Source: an uncultured Acidobacteriota bacterium (lineage in GTDB: Bacteria > Acidobacteriota > Thermoanaerobaculia > UBA5066 > Gp7-AA6). Taken from it: 64,000 bases of DNA. This document shows positions 44,004 to 52,443 of the stretch, in pieces. The stretch lies in NCBI GenBank assembly GCA_963723535.1, contig CAVRRE010000012.1:178-64177 (forward strand), given 5' to 3'. Both the position numbers and the translations under genes were made by a program. The notes under the pieces were generated by a model that saw only the letters and a program-made list of their open reading frames with translations, did no database searches and was not told the origin of the DNA. Each line of letters starts with the position of its first letter. Within the stretch, counting starts at the first letter, position 1.

Positions 44004-44596
44004 TTTGCCCCCAGCCGCCGCTCCTTGCCCGAGGCGAGCCGCTTGAGGTTGTCGCGGTGCTTGAGCACGATCAGGACCGCCGCCCCCGCGGCGGCCATGA
44101 CGATCGGCCGCGGGGCGCCGAAGAGGAGGCCTGCCACCGGCGGCAGGAGCGCCATCGCGATCACCGAGCCGAGAGACACGTACTTCGTGACGGCCACGAC
44201 GAGGACGAACACCGCGATGCAGACGAGCGTGGCCCACGGCGCGAGGACGAGGAAGGCGCCAACCGCGGTCGCGACGCCTTTGCCTCCGCGAAAGCCGTAG
44301 AAGATCGGGAAGACGTGGCCGAGGATGGCGGCGAAGCCCGCCGCCGCGGCGTAGCGTGAGTCTCCCGTCACGAGCCGCACGAGGAACACGGCGAGCGCCC
44401 CCTTCGCGATGTCGAGCGCGGCGACGAGCAGCCCCAGCCGCTTGCCGTGCGCTCGGAGCACGTTCGTCGCTCCGGCGTTGCCGGAGCCCTCGGCGCGAAT
44501 GTCCTTTCCCGTCGCCACCCGGACGAGCAGCACGGCGAACGAGACCGAGCCGAGCAGGTAGGCGAAACCGACCAGCGCGGCCGCGGCCGGGTTCAT
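44000..44596 (-). CDS. plsY: acyl-phosphate:glycerol-3-phosphate acyltransferase
   Basis: AGGAGG lies upstream of the ATG at 44596. The sequence reads MNPAAAALVGFAYLLGSVSFAVLL...GSGNAGATNVLR...HVFPIFYGFRGGKGVATAVG. The ATG overlaps the thpR stop (ATGA). Confidence 0.9.
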   Translation of the reverse strand: MNPAAAALVGFAYLLGSVSFAVLLVRVATGKDIRAEGSGNAGATNVLRAHGKRLGLLVAALDIAKGALAVFLVRLVTGDSRYAAAAGFAAILGHVFPIFYGFRGGKGVATAVGAFLVLAPWATLVCIAVFVLVVAVTKYVSLGSVIAMALLPPVAGLLFGAPRPIVMAAAGAAVLIVLKHRDNLKRLASGKERRLGAK

Positions 44597-45171
44597 GCTC
44601 CGACCTCCTGCGAAGGCCGGGCGAGCGCGAACGTGCGGAGAGCCGTGTGCGTCGCCCCGGCCGGCCCGAGCCGGCTCTCGTAGAGCACGAGCGCGACGAG
44701 GTGAAACGGCGGCAGCTCCCACGCGTCGGCTTCCTGCCGAAAGCGCTCGACGGCCGCGGGAGGCCAGGGGGAACGGATCCGCGCGAGCGTCACGTGCGGA
44801 TGGTAGCTCCGCTCCTCGGGCGCGGCTCCGGCGCGGCGGGCGGCGGCCTCCGTCGCGGCGGCCAGGGCCTCGACCGAAGGCGACGGCGCGAAACCGAGGC
44901 CGAGCACTCGGGCGCGGCCCCGCGGCGGAAACACGAGGCTACCGGCCGTCGTCAGTTCTCCCCCGGACGAGCCCCCCGCCGCGTCAAACGTTTCCTCCGC
45001 GCATCGCTCGGCCGCCTCCGAGGCGATCTCGGCGAAGAACCGCAGGGTGAGATGCCACGTCTCCGGCCGCGTCCAGGAGGCCGCAGGCAGCGAGGGTCGC
45101 AGCTTCGCGGCGAGCTCGTCGACCCGCGCGGCCCAGGCGGGATCGGGCGGGATGGCGAGAAACGCCCTCAT
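44593..45171 (-). CDS. thpR: RNA 2',3'-cyclic phosphodiesterase (2H phosphoesterase, LigT/ThpR)
   Basis: This is the last 192 codons of track ORF 44593..46167. It has two HxT/Sx motifs (WHLTLRF and HPHVTLAR). The ATG at 45171 overlaps the cinA stop (ATGA). Confidence 0.8.
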   Translation of the reverse strand: MRAFLAIPPDPAWAARVDELAAKLRPSLPAASWTRPETWHLTLRFFAEIASEAAERCAEETFDAAGGSSGGELTTAGSLVFPPRGRARVLGLGFAPSPSVEALAAATEAAARRAGAAPEERSYHPHVTLARIRSPWPPAAVERFRQEADAWELPPFHLVALVLYESRLGPAGATHTALRTFALARPSQEVGA

Positions 45172-46433
45172 GCCGCGCCTTCGCCCGAGAGATGCCGCCG
45201 CAGAAGCTCGAGCGCGTGAATCGCCGCCGCGCGTCGGATCACCAGGCGGTCGCCGACGAAGAGCCGTTTCTTCGACAGCCCGTCGCCGTCCCGGCGCGCG
45301 AGTGCGAAGAAGACCGTGCCGACCGGCTTCTCGGGAGAGCCGCCGTCGGGCCCGGCGATCCCGGTGATCGCCAGCGCGACGTCGGAGTCGAAGCGCGTCC
45401 GGGCGCCCCTGGCCATCTCGGCCGCGGATTCCGCCGAAACCGCGCCGTGTGAACGGAGGGTCGCTTCGCTCACGTCCAGCAGGTCTTCCTTCGCGGAGTT
45501 CGCATAGGACACGACGGCGCCCAGGAAATACTGGCTCGAACCGGGGACGTCGGTGAGCATGGCGGAGGCGAGGCCGCCCGTGCAGGATTCCGCGAGGGCG
45601 ATCGTCGCCTTCGAGTCGCGCAGCAGCCGCCCGACCACGGCCGCGAGCTCCTCGCCGTCCTGGCCGAAGATCCGGTCGCCGAGGACGTCGCGGAAGTCCT
45701 TCTCCATCGCCGCGAGACGGGCCTCGGCGATCTCCGGCTCCCCGCGAACGGCGAGATGCAGCTGAACCTCCCCCGGAGCGGCGAGGATCGTGACCGGATC
45801 GTCTTTCCACTTCCGGTAGACCGGGGAGACCAGCTCCTCGACGGCGGACTCTCCCATTCCGGCGACGCGCAGGACGCGTCGACGTCCGACGATGCCGCCG
45901 CCGCGCTCTTCGAGCACCGGGAAAACGCGGTTGTCGAAGATCTCCTTCATCTCGGAGGGCACGCCCGGGAGGATGACGATCTCGGTCTCCCCGCGGCGCG
46001 CCCAGAAGCCGGGCGCGGTCCCGTTGGGATTCTCGAGGACGCGCGCCCCAACGATGAAGTCCGCCTGCTTGGCGTTGCACTCGGGCATCGCGATCCCGCG
46101 CTTCTCGAAGCGTTTCCGCATGCTTCCCAGAAACGCCTCGTCGCGCCGGAGCTCTGCCGGCAGCCACGCGGCGACCGCCGCCACCGTGACATCGTCCGCG
46201 GTCGGGCCGAGGCCGCCCGTCGTCAGGACAAGACGGGCGGCACGCGCCGCGTTCTCGAGCTCCTCGCCCACGAGCGCCGGATCGTCGCCGACGATCGATT
46301 TCCGAACGACGGGGATTCCGAGCTCCTCGAGTCGGGCCGACAGCCAGAGCGAGTTCGTGTCCTGGCGAAGCGGCCCGAGCATCTCGGTGCCGATTGCGAC
46401 GATCGCTGCGGACTCCGGCCGCCTGGGGCTCAC
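45168..46433 (-). CDS. cinA: CinA-family competence/damage-inducible protein (MoCF-binding domain plus nicotinamide-nucleotide amidase PncC domain)
   Basis: The 421-aa ORF is intact and reads AAIVAIGTEMLGPLRQDTNS...TTGGLGPTADD...ESCTGGLASAMLTDVPGSS.YF.G..V.Y.N..K...LGV. Confidence 0.88.
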   Translation of the reverse strand: MSPRRPESAAIVAIGTEMLGPLRQDTNSLWLSARLEELGIPVVRKSIVGDDPALVGEELENAARAARLVLTTGGLGPTADDVTVAAVAAWLPAELRRDEAFLGSMRKRFEKRGIAMPECNAKQADFIVGARVLENPNGTAPGFWARRGETEIVILPGVPSEMKEIFDNRVFPVLEERGGGIVGRRRVLRVAGMGESAVEELVSPVYRKWKDDPVTILAAPGEVQLHLAVRGEPEIAEARLAAMEKDFRDVLGDRIFGQDGEELAAVVGRLLRDSKATIALAESCTGGLASAMLTDVPGSSQYFLGAVVSYANSAKEDLLDVSEATLRSHGAVSAESAAEMARGARTRFDSDVALAITGIAGPDGGSPEKPVGTVFFALARRDGDGLSKKRLFVGDRLVIRRAAAIHALELLRRHLSGEGAA

Positions 46434-46440
46434 GCGCCGA

Positions 46441-48402
46441 TCAGCTCCGCCGCGCGGCCTTCTCGGATTCCTCCGAGAGGCGGGCCCACTCTTCGACCAG
46501 CCCGTCGAGCTCCCCCCGGAGCGCCGTCCGACGCTCGGCGAGCTCGCGTGAGGCGACGGGGCCCAGCGTCAGCCCTTCCTCCCACAGCCGCGTCTCGATC
46601 GCCTCGATCTCCGCTTCCATCGCCTCGATCTTCTCCTCGAGCGTGCGGATCCGTCGCCGACGGCGAGCCGTCTCCTTGTCTTCCGGCGATTCGGTCCGCC
46701 GCGGGGGGGGCGGCGCGGGAGGGGGCGGCGCCGACTTCGGAGCCTCGGCGGCCGTCTTCGCCGGGGCGGCCGTCCCCTCCGACCCGGCCGGCTCGGGGCG
46801 TTTGCGCCGTTCGGCCCGGGCCCCCGCCGTCTCGGTGTAGTTGCCGCTGAACAGCTGCGCGCGGCCATCGCGCAGGTCGACGACGCGCGTCGCCAGCCGG
46901 TCGATGAAGGCGCGGTCGTGGGAGACGAAGACGATCGAGCCGGGGAAATCCTCCAGGGACTCCTCGAGCGCCTCGCGCGAGTCGAGGTCGAGATGGTTCG
47001 TCGGCTCGTCGAGGAGGAGCAGGTTGTGCTGCTGCCGCATGACGACCGCGAGCGTCAGCCTTCCCTTCTCGCCGCCGGAGAGGGACGAGATGCCGGCGAA
47101 GACGTCGTCGCCGCGGAACGCGAAGCGGGCGAGGTAGGCGCGCATCGCTTCCTCGGTCTCCTCCGGATGCTGGTCCCAGATCGCGTCGATCGCGCGGCGG
47201 CGCGGGTCGAGATCCTGGAGCTCCTGGTCGTAGTACCCGATGGAGACGTCGTGACCCGTGGCCGCCGAGCCCGCGAGCGGCGCGAGGCGGCCCGCGAGCG
47301 TCTTCAGGAGGGTCGTCTTGCCCGTGCCGTTCTCGCCGAGGATCGCCATGCGCTCGCCGCGCAGGAGCTCGAAGCCGACGCCCCGCACGATGGGACGGCC
47401 GGCCGCATAGCCGACGTCGAGGTCCTTCGCCCGGAGGAACGTCCGGCCCCCGATCCGGGCCGCATCGAAGCGAAACGCCACCGACGTGACGTCGCCGGTC
47501 GGCTTCTCGAGGCGCTCGACCCGCTCGAGCCGGGTCCGCCGTCCCTTGGCCTGCCGCGAGTTGACGCCCGCGATGTTGCGGCGGATGTACTCCTTCTCCT
47601 TCTCGATGAATTCCTGCTGCTTGTCGAAGGCCCGCGTCGCGCTCAGGATCCTCTCGGCCTTCTGGTTCCGGTACGCCGTGTAGCCGCCGGAGTAGTCGGT
47701 CAGCCGGCCGTTCTCGAGGTCGATGATCTCCTCCGCGACGCGGTCGAGGAATCGCCGATCGTGGGTCACGACGAGGTAGGCGCCCTTCGACCGCGCCAGG
47801 TAGTCCTCGAGGAACTCGACGGCCTGGAAGTCGAGATGGTTCGTGGGCTCGTCCAGGAGGAGGACGTCGGGCGACGACAGGATCGCCCGAGCGAGCATGG
47901 CCCGATTCTTCTGGCCTCCCGAGAGCTCGCCGAGCGGCCGATCGAAATCGGCCTTGTCGAAGCCGAGGCCGGAGAGCGCCTTGTCGACCTCCGCGACCAT
48001 CTCGTAGCCCCCCTCATTCTCGAAGCGGTGCGTGAGGGCGTCGTACTTGTCGTGGAGCGCCGACGAGTCGTCGCCCTCCGCCATCCGATGCTCCATCCTG
48101 CGGAGCTCGGCCTCGATGGCGTGCAGGTGGGCAAAGGCGCCGGCCGCGAAGTCGTGCAGCTTTTCGGCCAGATCGGATTCCAGGGCCTGGTCCACGGTCG
48201 CGATCCGCACCGCGTTGGCCTTGATGAACTCGCCTCCGTCGGGCTCCTCCCGGCCGAGCGCGATGCGCAGGAGGGTCGTCTTCCCGGCGCCGTTACGGCC
48301 GACGAGCCCGACCTTCTCGCCCGGGTTGTGCTGCCAGACGGCGTCCCGGAGGACCACCTTCGGGCCGTAGCTCTTGCGGACGTGATCGAAGCGATAGAGC
48401 AC
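46441..48402 (-). CDS. ABC-F family ATPase (two ABC domains, Pro-rich linker, C-terminal coiled coil; Uup/YheS-like)
   Basis: The 653-aa ORF is intact. It has Walker A motifs GRNGAGKTT and GENGTGKTT, signature motifs LSGGQKNR and LSGGEKGR, and no TM segments. Confidence 0.9.
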   Translation of the reverse strand: MLYRFDHVRKSYGPKVVLRDAVWQHNPGEKVGLVGRNGAGKTTLLRIALGREEPDGGEFIKANAVRIATVDQALESDLAEKLHDFAAGAFAHLHAIEAELRRMEHRMAEGDDSSALHDKYDALTHRFENEGGYEMVAEVDKALSGLGFDKADFDRPLGELSGGQKNRAMLARAILSSPDVLLLDEPTNHLDFQAVEFLEDYLARSKGAYLVVTHDRRFLDRVAEEIIDLENGRLTDYSGGYTAYRNQKAERILSATRAFDKQQEFIEKEKEYIRRNIAGVNSRQAKGRRTRLERVERLEKPTGDVTSVAFRFDAARIGGRTFLRAKDLDVGYAAGRPIVRGVGFELLRGERMAILGENGTGKTTLLKTLAGRLAPLAGSAATGHDVSIGYYDQELQDLDPRRRAIDAIWDQHPEETEEAMRAYLARFAFRGDDVFAGISSLSGGEKGRLTLAVVMRQQHNLLLLDEPTNHLDLDSREALEESLEDFPGSIVFVSHDRAFIDRLATRVVDLRDGRAQLFSGNYTETAGARAERRKRPEPAGSEGTAAPAKTAAEAPKSAPPPPAPPPPRRTESPEDKETARRRRRIRTLEEKIEAMEAEIEAIETRLWEEGLTLGPVASRELAERRTALRGELDGLVEEWARLSEESEKAARRS

Positions 48403-48429
48403 GGCGGGATTGTATCCGCCGGCCGAGCG

Positions 48430-49590
48430 TCAGAAGCGCGCCTGCTCCGCGTCGTAGGTGCGGCCGCGCCAACGGACGCGCCGGTGGAGGAAACGCCAGG
48501 CGAGCGAGCGCGCCATGATGGCAGCCCAGACCGCGGCCGTCAGCGGCTGCGTCACCGAGGTCCAGAGCGGGTACTTCAGGTAGATGCCGAGCGCGGCCCG
48601 TGCGACCGCGGTCAGCAGGAACGCGATCGCGGCGAGGGTCACGTCCCGCGGCGGCACCGTCGAATCCGAGCACGGCCGCGAGCGAGCACGGCGGCCGGCA
48701 GCGACCAGGCGAGCAACGTGAAGAAGGTCGATACCGCGAGGAACAGACCCATGACGCCCTCGAAGACGTACGCGATGTTCTTGGTGAACCCGTCGAAGAC
48801 CTCGCGGAAGCCGCGATACATGCGGAGGCGGACGCGATGATCCGCCATGGCCATCCGGCAGCGGCCGCCCGCGCGCCGGACGCGCATGGCGAGACCGATG
48901 TCATCGATGACGGACGCCCGGAGCGCCTCGTGGCCGCCCGCCGCGCGATAGGCCGAAGCCCGCACGAGCATTCCCGCTCCGCCGCCCGCCGCAAAGCGTC
49001 GCTGCGCGTCGGAGTTCACCCAGAAGGCCGGGCCGAAGAAATAGGAGACGGCGAGGTAGGGCATCAGGACGTTTTCCCAGAAGCCCTCCATCTCGAGTTT
49101 CGGAAAGAGCGCGAGCAGGTCGATCCGCTGACGCTCGAGCATGCCGACGGCCTCCGAAAGCGCGGTCGGGTCGTAGCGGACGTCGGCGTCGGCGAACAGC
49201 AGCAGCTCTCCCGTGGCACGTTGCGCCCCCTGGAAAAGGGCATGCGGCTTCCCGAGCCAGCCCTGCCGGCGGCTCCACGCCCGCGACGACTCGCAACCGC
49301 GGGTCTTCCGCGGCGAGGCGCGCGAGAATCGCGGCCGTGCCGTCGCTCGAGCGGTCGTCCACGACGACGACGTCGAGGTCCGGGTAGTCCTGCCCGAGAT
49401 GCGAGCGCACGGCGGCCTCGATCTCCCCGGCTTCGTTGCGGGCGGGAACGACGACGGACACCCGCGGCCGCGGCGACGCGGCGACCGGCGGTGTCGGCCC
49501 GATGCGACGGAACCGTCAGGATGTTGATCGCGAAGAGGACGAGGCAGATGCCGGCGAGGCCGGCCGACGCGACGAGAGCGCCGTGGAGGA
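48430..49590 (-). pseudogene. membrane-bound family-2 glycosyltransferase (CrtQ/HpnI-like by general resemblance), at least 4 frame breaks; 5' end unresolved
   Basis: The segments are LLHGALVASAGLAGICLVLFAINILT | RIGPTPPVAASPRPRVSVVVPARNEAGEIEAAV...DVVVVDDRSSDGT...RVVAGVEPPAG (ORF 48901..49461) | WLGKPHAL...LLFADADVRY...MLERQRIDLL... (ORF 48639..49142) | ...DVTLAAIAFLLTAVARAAL...RWRGRTY (ORF 48430..48657). Confidence 0.7.
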
Positions 49591-49593
49591 GGG

Positions 49594-50289
49594 CTACGAC
49601 AGCGGAACTTTCTGCCGGGCGTCCGCCCGGTAGGGAGAGGTCGGATAGTCGGTCAGCAGCTTCTGGTAGGTCGCCCGCGCGTCGGCGGCGGCGCCGCTCG
49701 CCTCGTAGATCTGCGCGAGGGTGAAGAGGAGGGCATCCTTGGGAGCCGCCGTCGAGGAGGACTCGATCGCGCGCTTGAGCCGGTCGATGGCCTCCGCGGA
49801 CTTGCCCTCGGCCGCGAGCATCTTGGCGGCGTCGATCTCGGCCGCGGCCGCGGACTCGGACTTGCCTTTGCGGGCGGCCTTCTCGAAGACCGCGACGGCA
49901 TCGGCGGGCTTCTCGGTCCCGCTCGCCGCGAGGATCACGCGGGCCGCGCGCCCCGGTCCGGTGGACCCGTGGGAGGCGGCCTTGCGCAGAAACCGATCGG
50001 CTTCCGCCCGGCGCTCCGCGGCCGTCGCGAAGGTCTTCGCGGCGGCCGGTTGCTCGGCCTTCAGGGGCGTCGCGAGCACGCCCAGGGCGCGGGAAAGATC
50101 GCGTCCGGCCGAGCGTTCGATCCAGGTGCGGTACGCGAAGATGCCGGCGAGGATCACGGCCAGGCCCGCGACGATCGCCACGCCCTCGGTGACGCCCTTC
50201 TTGTGCTCGCTGACGTATCCGACGGTCTTCCCGACCGTCTCGGCGAGCTCGTTGCGCTTCATGTCGCGGCGGCTGATTCTCTGAGTCAT
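49594..50289 (-). CDS. membrane-anchored tetratricopeptide-repeat protein (YfgM-like)
   Basis: The sequence reads MTQRISRRDMKRNELAETVGKTVGYVSEHKKG, then a single TM segment (VAIVAGLAVILAGIFAY), then an Ala-rich TPR-like domain ending ...YQKLLTDYPTSPYRADARQKV. Confidence 0.6.
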   Translation of the reverse strand: MTQRISRRDMKRNELAETVGKTVGYVSEHKKGVTEGVAIVAGLAVILAGIFAYRTWIERSAGRDLSRALGVLATPLKAEQPAAAKTFATAAERRAEADRFLRKAASHGSTGPGRAARVILAASGTEKPADAVAVFEKAARKGKSESAAAAEIDAAKMLAAEGKSAEAIDRLKRAIESSSTAAPKDALLFTLAQIYEASGAAADARATYQKLLTDYPTSPYRADARQKVPLS

Positions 50290-50367
50290 CGCGGCGTGTT
50301 CTCCGAAAAACGGAGCATTATGTCCGAGCCCGTCGGGGCCGTCAATCGGAGGCTATACTCGGAGGGC

Positions 50368-50955
50368 ATGGACGAGATCAAGATCACGGGCGAACCGTCG
50401 ACCTCCGGAGACCGCTGCGCGTTCACCGTGGACCGGCCGGTGCTGCCCGCGGAGTCCGCCCATTTCGCCTCGGTCGCCGACGCCCGGCACTCCCCTCTCG
50501 CCGCCGAGCTGCTGGCCGTGCCCGGGATCGAGTCGGTGCTGCTGGCCGACAACCTGGTCACCGTCAACGCGGCGCACGCGGTCGACTGGCCGGCCCTCGG
50601 CATCGGGCACATCATTCGCCGGCACCTCCGGAGCGGGGCTCCGATCGTCGATCCGGAGTTCTTCGAAACCCTGCCCTCCGAGGGGGACCTCAAGTGGGCG
50701 ATCCGCGACCTTCTCGACCGCGAGATCAACCCGGCCGTCGGCCAGCACGGTGGCTACGTCGAGCTCATCGACGTCAAGAAGAACAGCGTCTTCCTGCGGC
50801 TGGGCGGCGGATGCCAGGGCTGCGGGGCCGCCGACGTCACGCTCAAGCAGGGTATCGAGAAGGCGATCCGCAGCCTCGCTCCGAGCGTCGGCGAGATCCT
50901 CGACACGACCGATCACGCCGCCGGACGCAACCCCTACTACGCCCCGGCCAAATGA
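50368..50955 (+). CDS. NifU-like Fe-S cluster scaffold/carrier (Nfu_N plus NifU C-terminal domain)
   Basis: GGAGGG precedes the ATG at 50368 (an alternative ATG is at 50320). The C-terminal domain reads INPAVGQHGGYVELIDVKKNSVFLRLGGGCQGCGAADVTLKQGIE, with the CxxC motif. Confidence 0.8.
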   Translation: MDEIKITGEPSTSGDRCAFTVDRPVLPAESAHFASVADARHSPLAAELLAVPGIESVLLADNLVTVNAAHAVDWPALGIGHIIRRHLRSGAPIVDPEFFETLPSEGDLKWAIRDLLDREINPAVGQHGGYVELIDVKKNSVFLRLGGGCQGCGAADVTLKQGIEKAIRSLAPSVGEILDTTDHAAGRNPYYAPAK

Positions 50956-50960
50956 CGCCC

Positions 50961-51048
50961 GTTGAGAGTTGAGAGTTCAGCGCCGAGCGTGCGGGCGCCA
51001 GAGCCTGCCCCCGTTACAAACGCTCAACTCTCAGGCTGAACCCTCAAC
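50961..51048. repeat. AT-richer inverted repeat built from GTTGAGA/GTTCAGC heptamers between convergent genes (candidate bidirectional terminator)
   Basis: The left arm is GTTGAGAGTTGAGAGTTCAGC (50961-50981). The right arm is GCTCAACTCTCAGGCTGAACCCTCAAC (51022-51048). TGAGAGTTGAG pairs with CTCAACTCTCA, and GTTCAGC pairs with GCTGAAC. The right arm overlaps the ATP-grasp stop. Confidence 0.5.
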
Positions 51049-52283
51049 GCCTTTCGATCCGAAACTCCAGCTTCGCGTGCGCTCTCCGCAGCGCGGCCTC
51101 CGCCGTGGCGGGATCGGCCGCACGCGAGAAGAGGAAACCGAGATAACGCGAGCCCTCGGGAAGCGGAACGAGGCGCTGGCCCGGGTGCGCGGAGATCGTG
51201 ACGTCCACGACTCCCGGGACCGCGCGGGCGGCCTCCAGCCCGCCGACTTCCTCGAGCACGCCGGCCGCCGGGATCGGGATCATCATGACGCCGGCGGCAC
51301 GCTCGTCGGACGACGCCTCGGGCAGCGGCCGGCCGAGGGCGTGTCGGAGAACCAGCTCCTCGAGCGACATCCCCGCGCCAAAGCTCAGCGTGCGGGCGCA
51401 GAGCCCTCCGATCGAGCGGGCGGCGATCTCCAGGATCCAGGCTCCCTCCGTGTTCCAGCGCAGCTCGGCATGGATCGGACCATCCTTGAGGCCGAGGGCC
51501 TCGGCGCCGCGTGCCGCCGCCTCCCGAAGAGAGGCCTGCGCGGTCTCCGGCAGCCGGGACGGCGTCACGTAGATCGTCTCTTCGAAGAACGGGCCCTCCA
51601 GCGGCTCCGGCTTGTCGAAAAGCGCCAGGGTGCGGAGACGGCCCCCGGTCAGCAACCCCTCGAGAGCCACCTCCACGCCCGGAACGAAGTCCTCGACCAG
51701 AAGCTCCCGAGCGGCCGCGCCGCCCCGGCGAACGAGCTCGGGCGCTTCGAGGATCGCTGCGATCCGACGCCAGGCCGCCTGGAACTGCTCGGGAGTATCG
51801 GCCCGGATGACCCCGCGGCTCGCGGCGAGAAATGTCGGCTTGAGGACGCACGGATAGCCGACCTCGCGCGACCGGCGCTCCGGCGCTTCGTCCAGCGAGA
51901 ACACGCGGAAGGCGGGAGAAGGAGCGCCGCCCCTCGCGAGGAGCTCGCGCATCCTCCCCTTGTGCCTCGCGGCGGCCACCGCCTCGAGCGGGTTGTGCGG
52001 CAGCCCGAGAGCGGCCGAGATCGCGGCCGCCGCGACGACCGTGTCCTCGTCGACGCCGACGGCCGCCGCGATCGGCGTCGTCTTCGCGAACTCGGCGACG
52101 CGCCGCGCGCAGGCCGCCGGGTCGCGGAAGTCGAGCGTGAGCAGGCCCTGCCGGATCGAGACGCTCCATCGTGCTCGGCTCCTCCGAAGCGACCGTCACG
52201 CCGACGCCGAGCTTTTCCGCCGCCCGCAGGAAATCACTCGTCCGGTAGCTCGTCGTCGGGAGAAGGAGCAGGACTCGCGTCAC
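51044..52283 (-). CDS. ATP-grasp domain protein (carboxylate-amine ligase type, substrate unknown), one frameshift near 52165
   Basis: The N-terminus MTRVLLLLPTTSYRTSDFLRAAEKLGVGVTVASEEPSTMER is in the frame of ORF 51024..52283. The hand-read continuation is SIRQGLLTLDFRDPAACARRVAEFAK... into ORF 51044..1979 (...YPCVLKPTFLAASRGVIRAD...VEDFVPGVEVALEGLL...HAELRW...ILEIAARSIGG). Confidence 0.8.
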
Positions 52284-52325
52284 GTTCCGATGCTAGCCCG
52301 TCGCGCCCGGGAGTACGATCCGCGC

Positions 52326-52430
52326 ATGAAGAAGAAGGCCAGGAAGACGAAGAAGACCCCGCGGCGCCCGGCGAAGCGGAAGACCCGCACCGGCCGGAAA
52401 ACGATCATGCGCCATTCGAAGGAGGGATAG
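52326..52430 (+). CDS. possible tiny (34 aa) Lys/Arg-rich ORF; may be non-coding
   Basis: The ORF ATG AAG AAG AAG GCC AGG AAG ACG AAG AAG... encodes MKKKARKTKKTPRRPAKRKTRTGRKTIMRHSKEG*. It lies in the 160-nt gap between two minus-strand genes. The only SD-like sequence is a weak GGGAG about 13 nt upstream. I have no homology to support it. Confidence 0.2.
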   Translation: MKKKARKTKKTPRRPAKRKTRTGRKTIMRHSKEG

Positions 52431-52443
52431 ACCCGGCTCGAAC

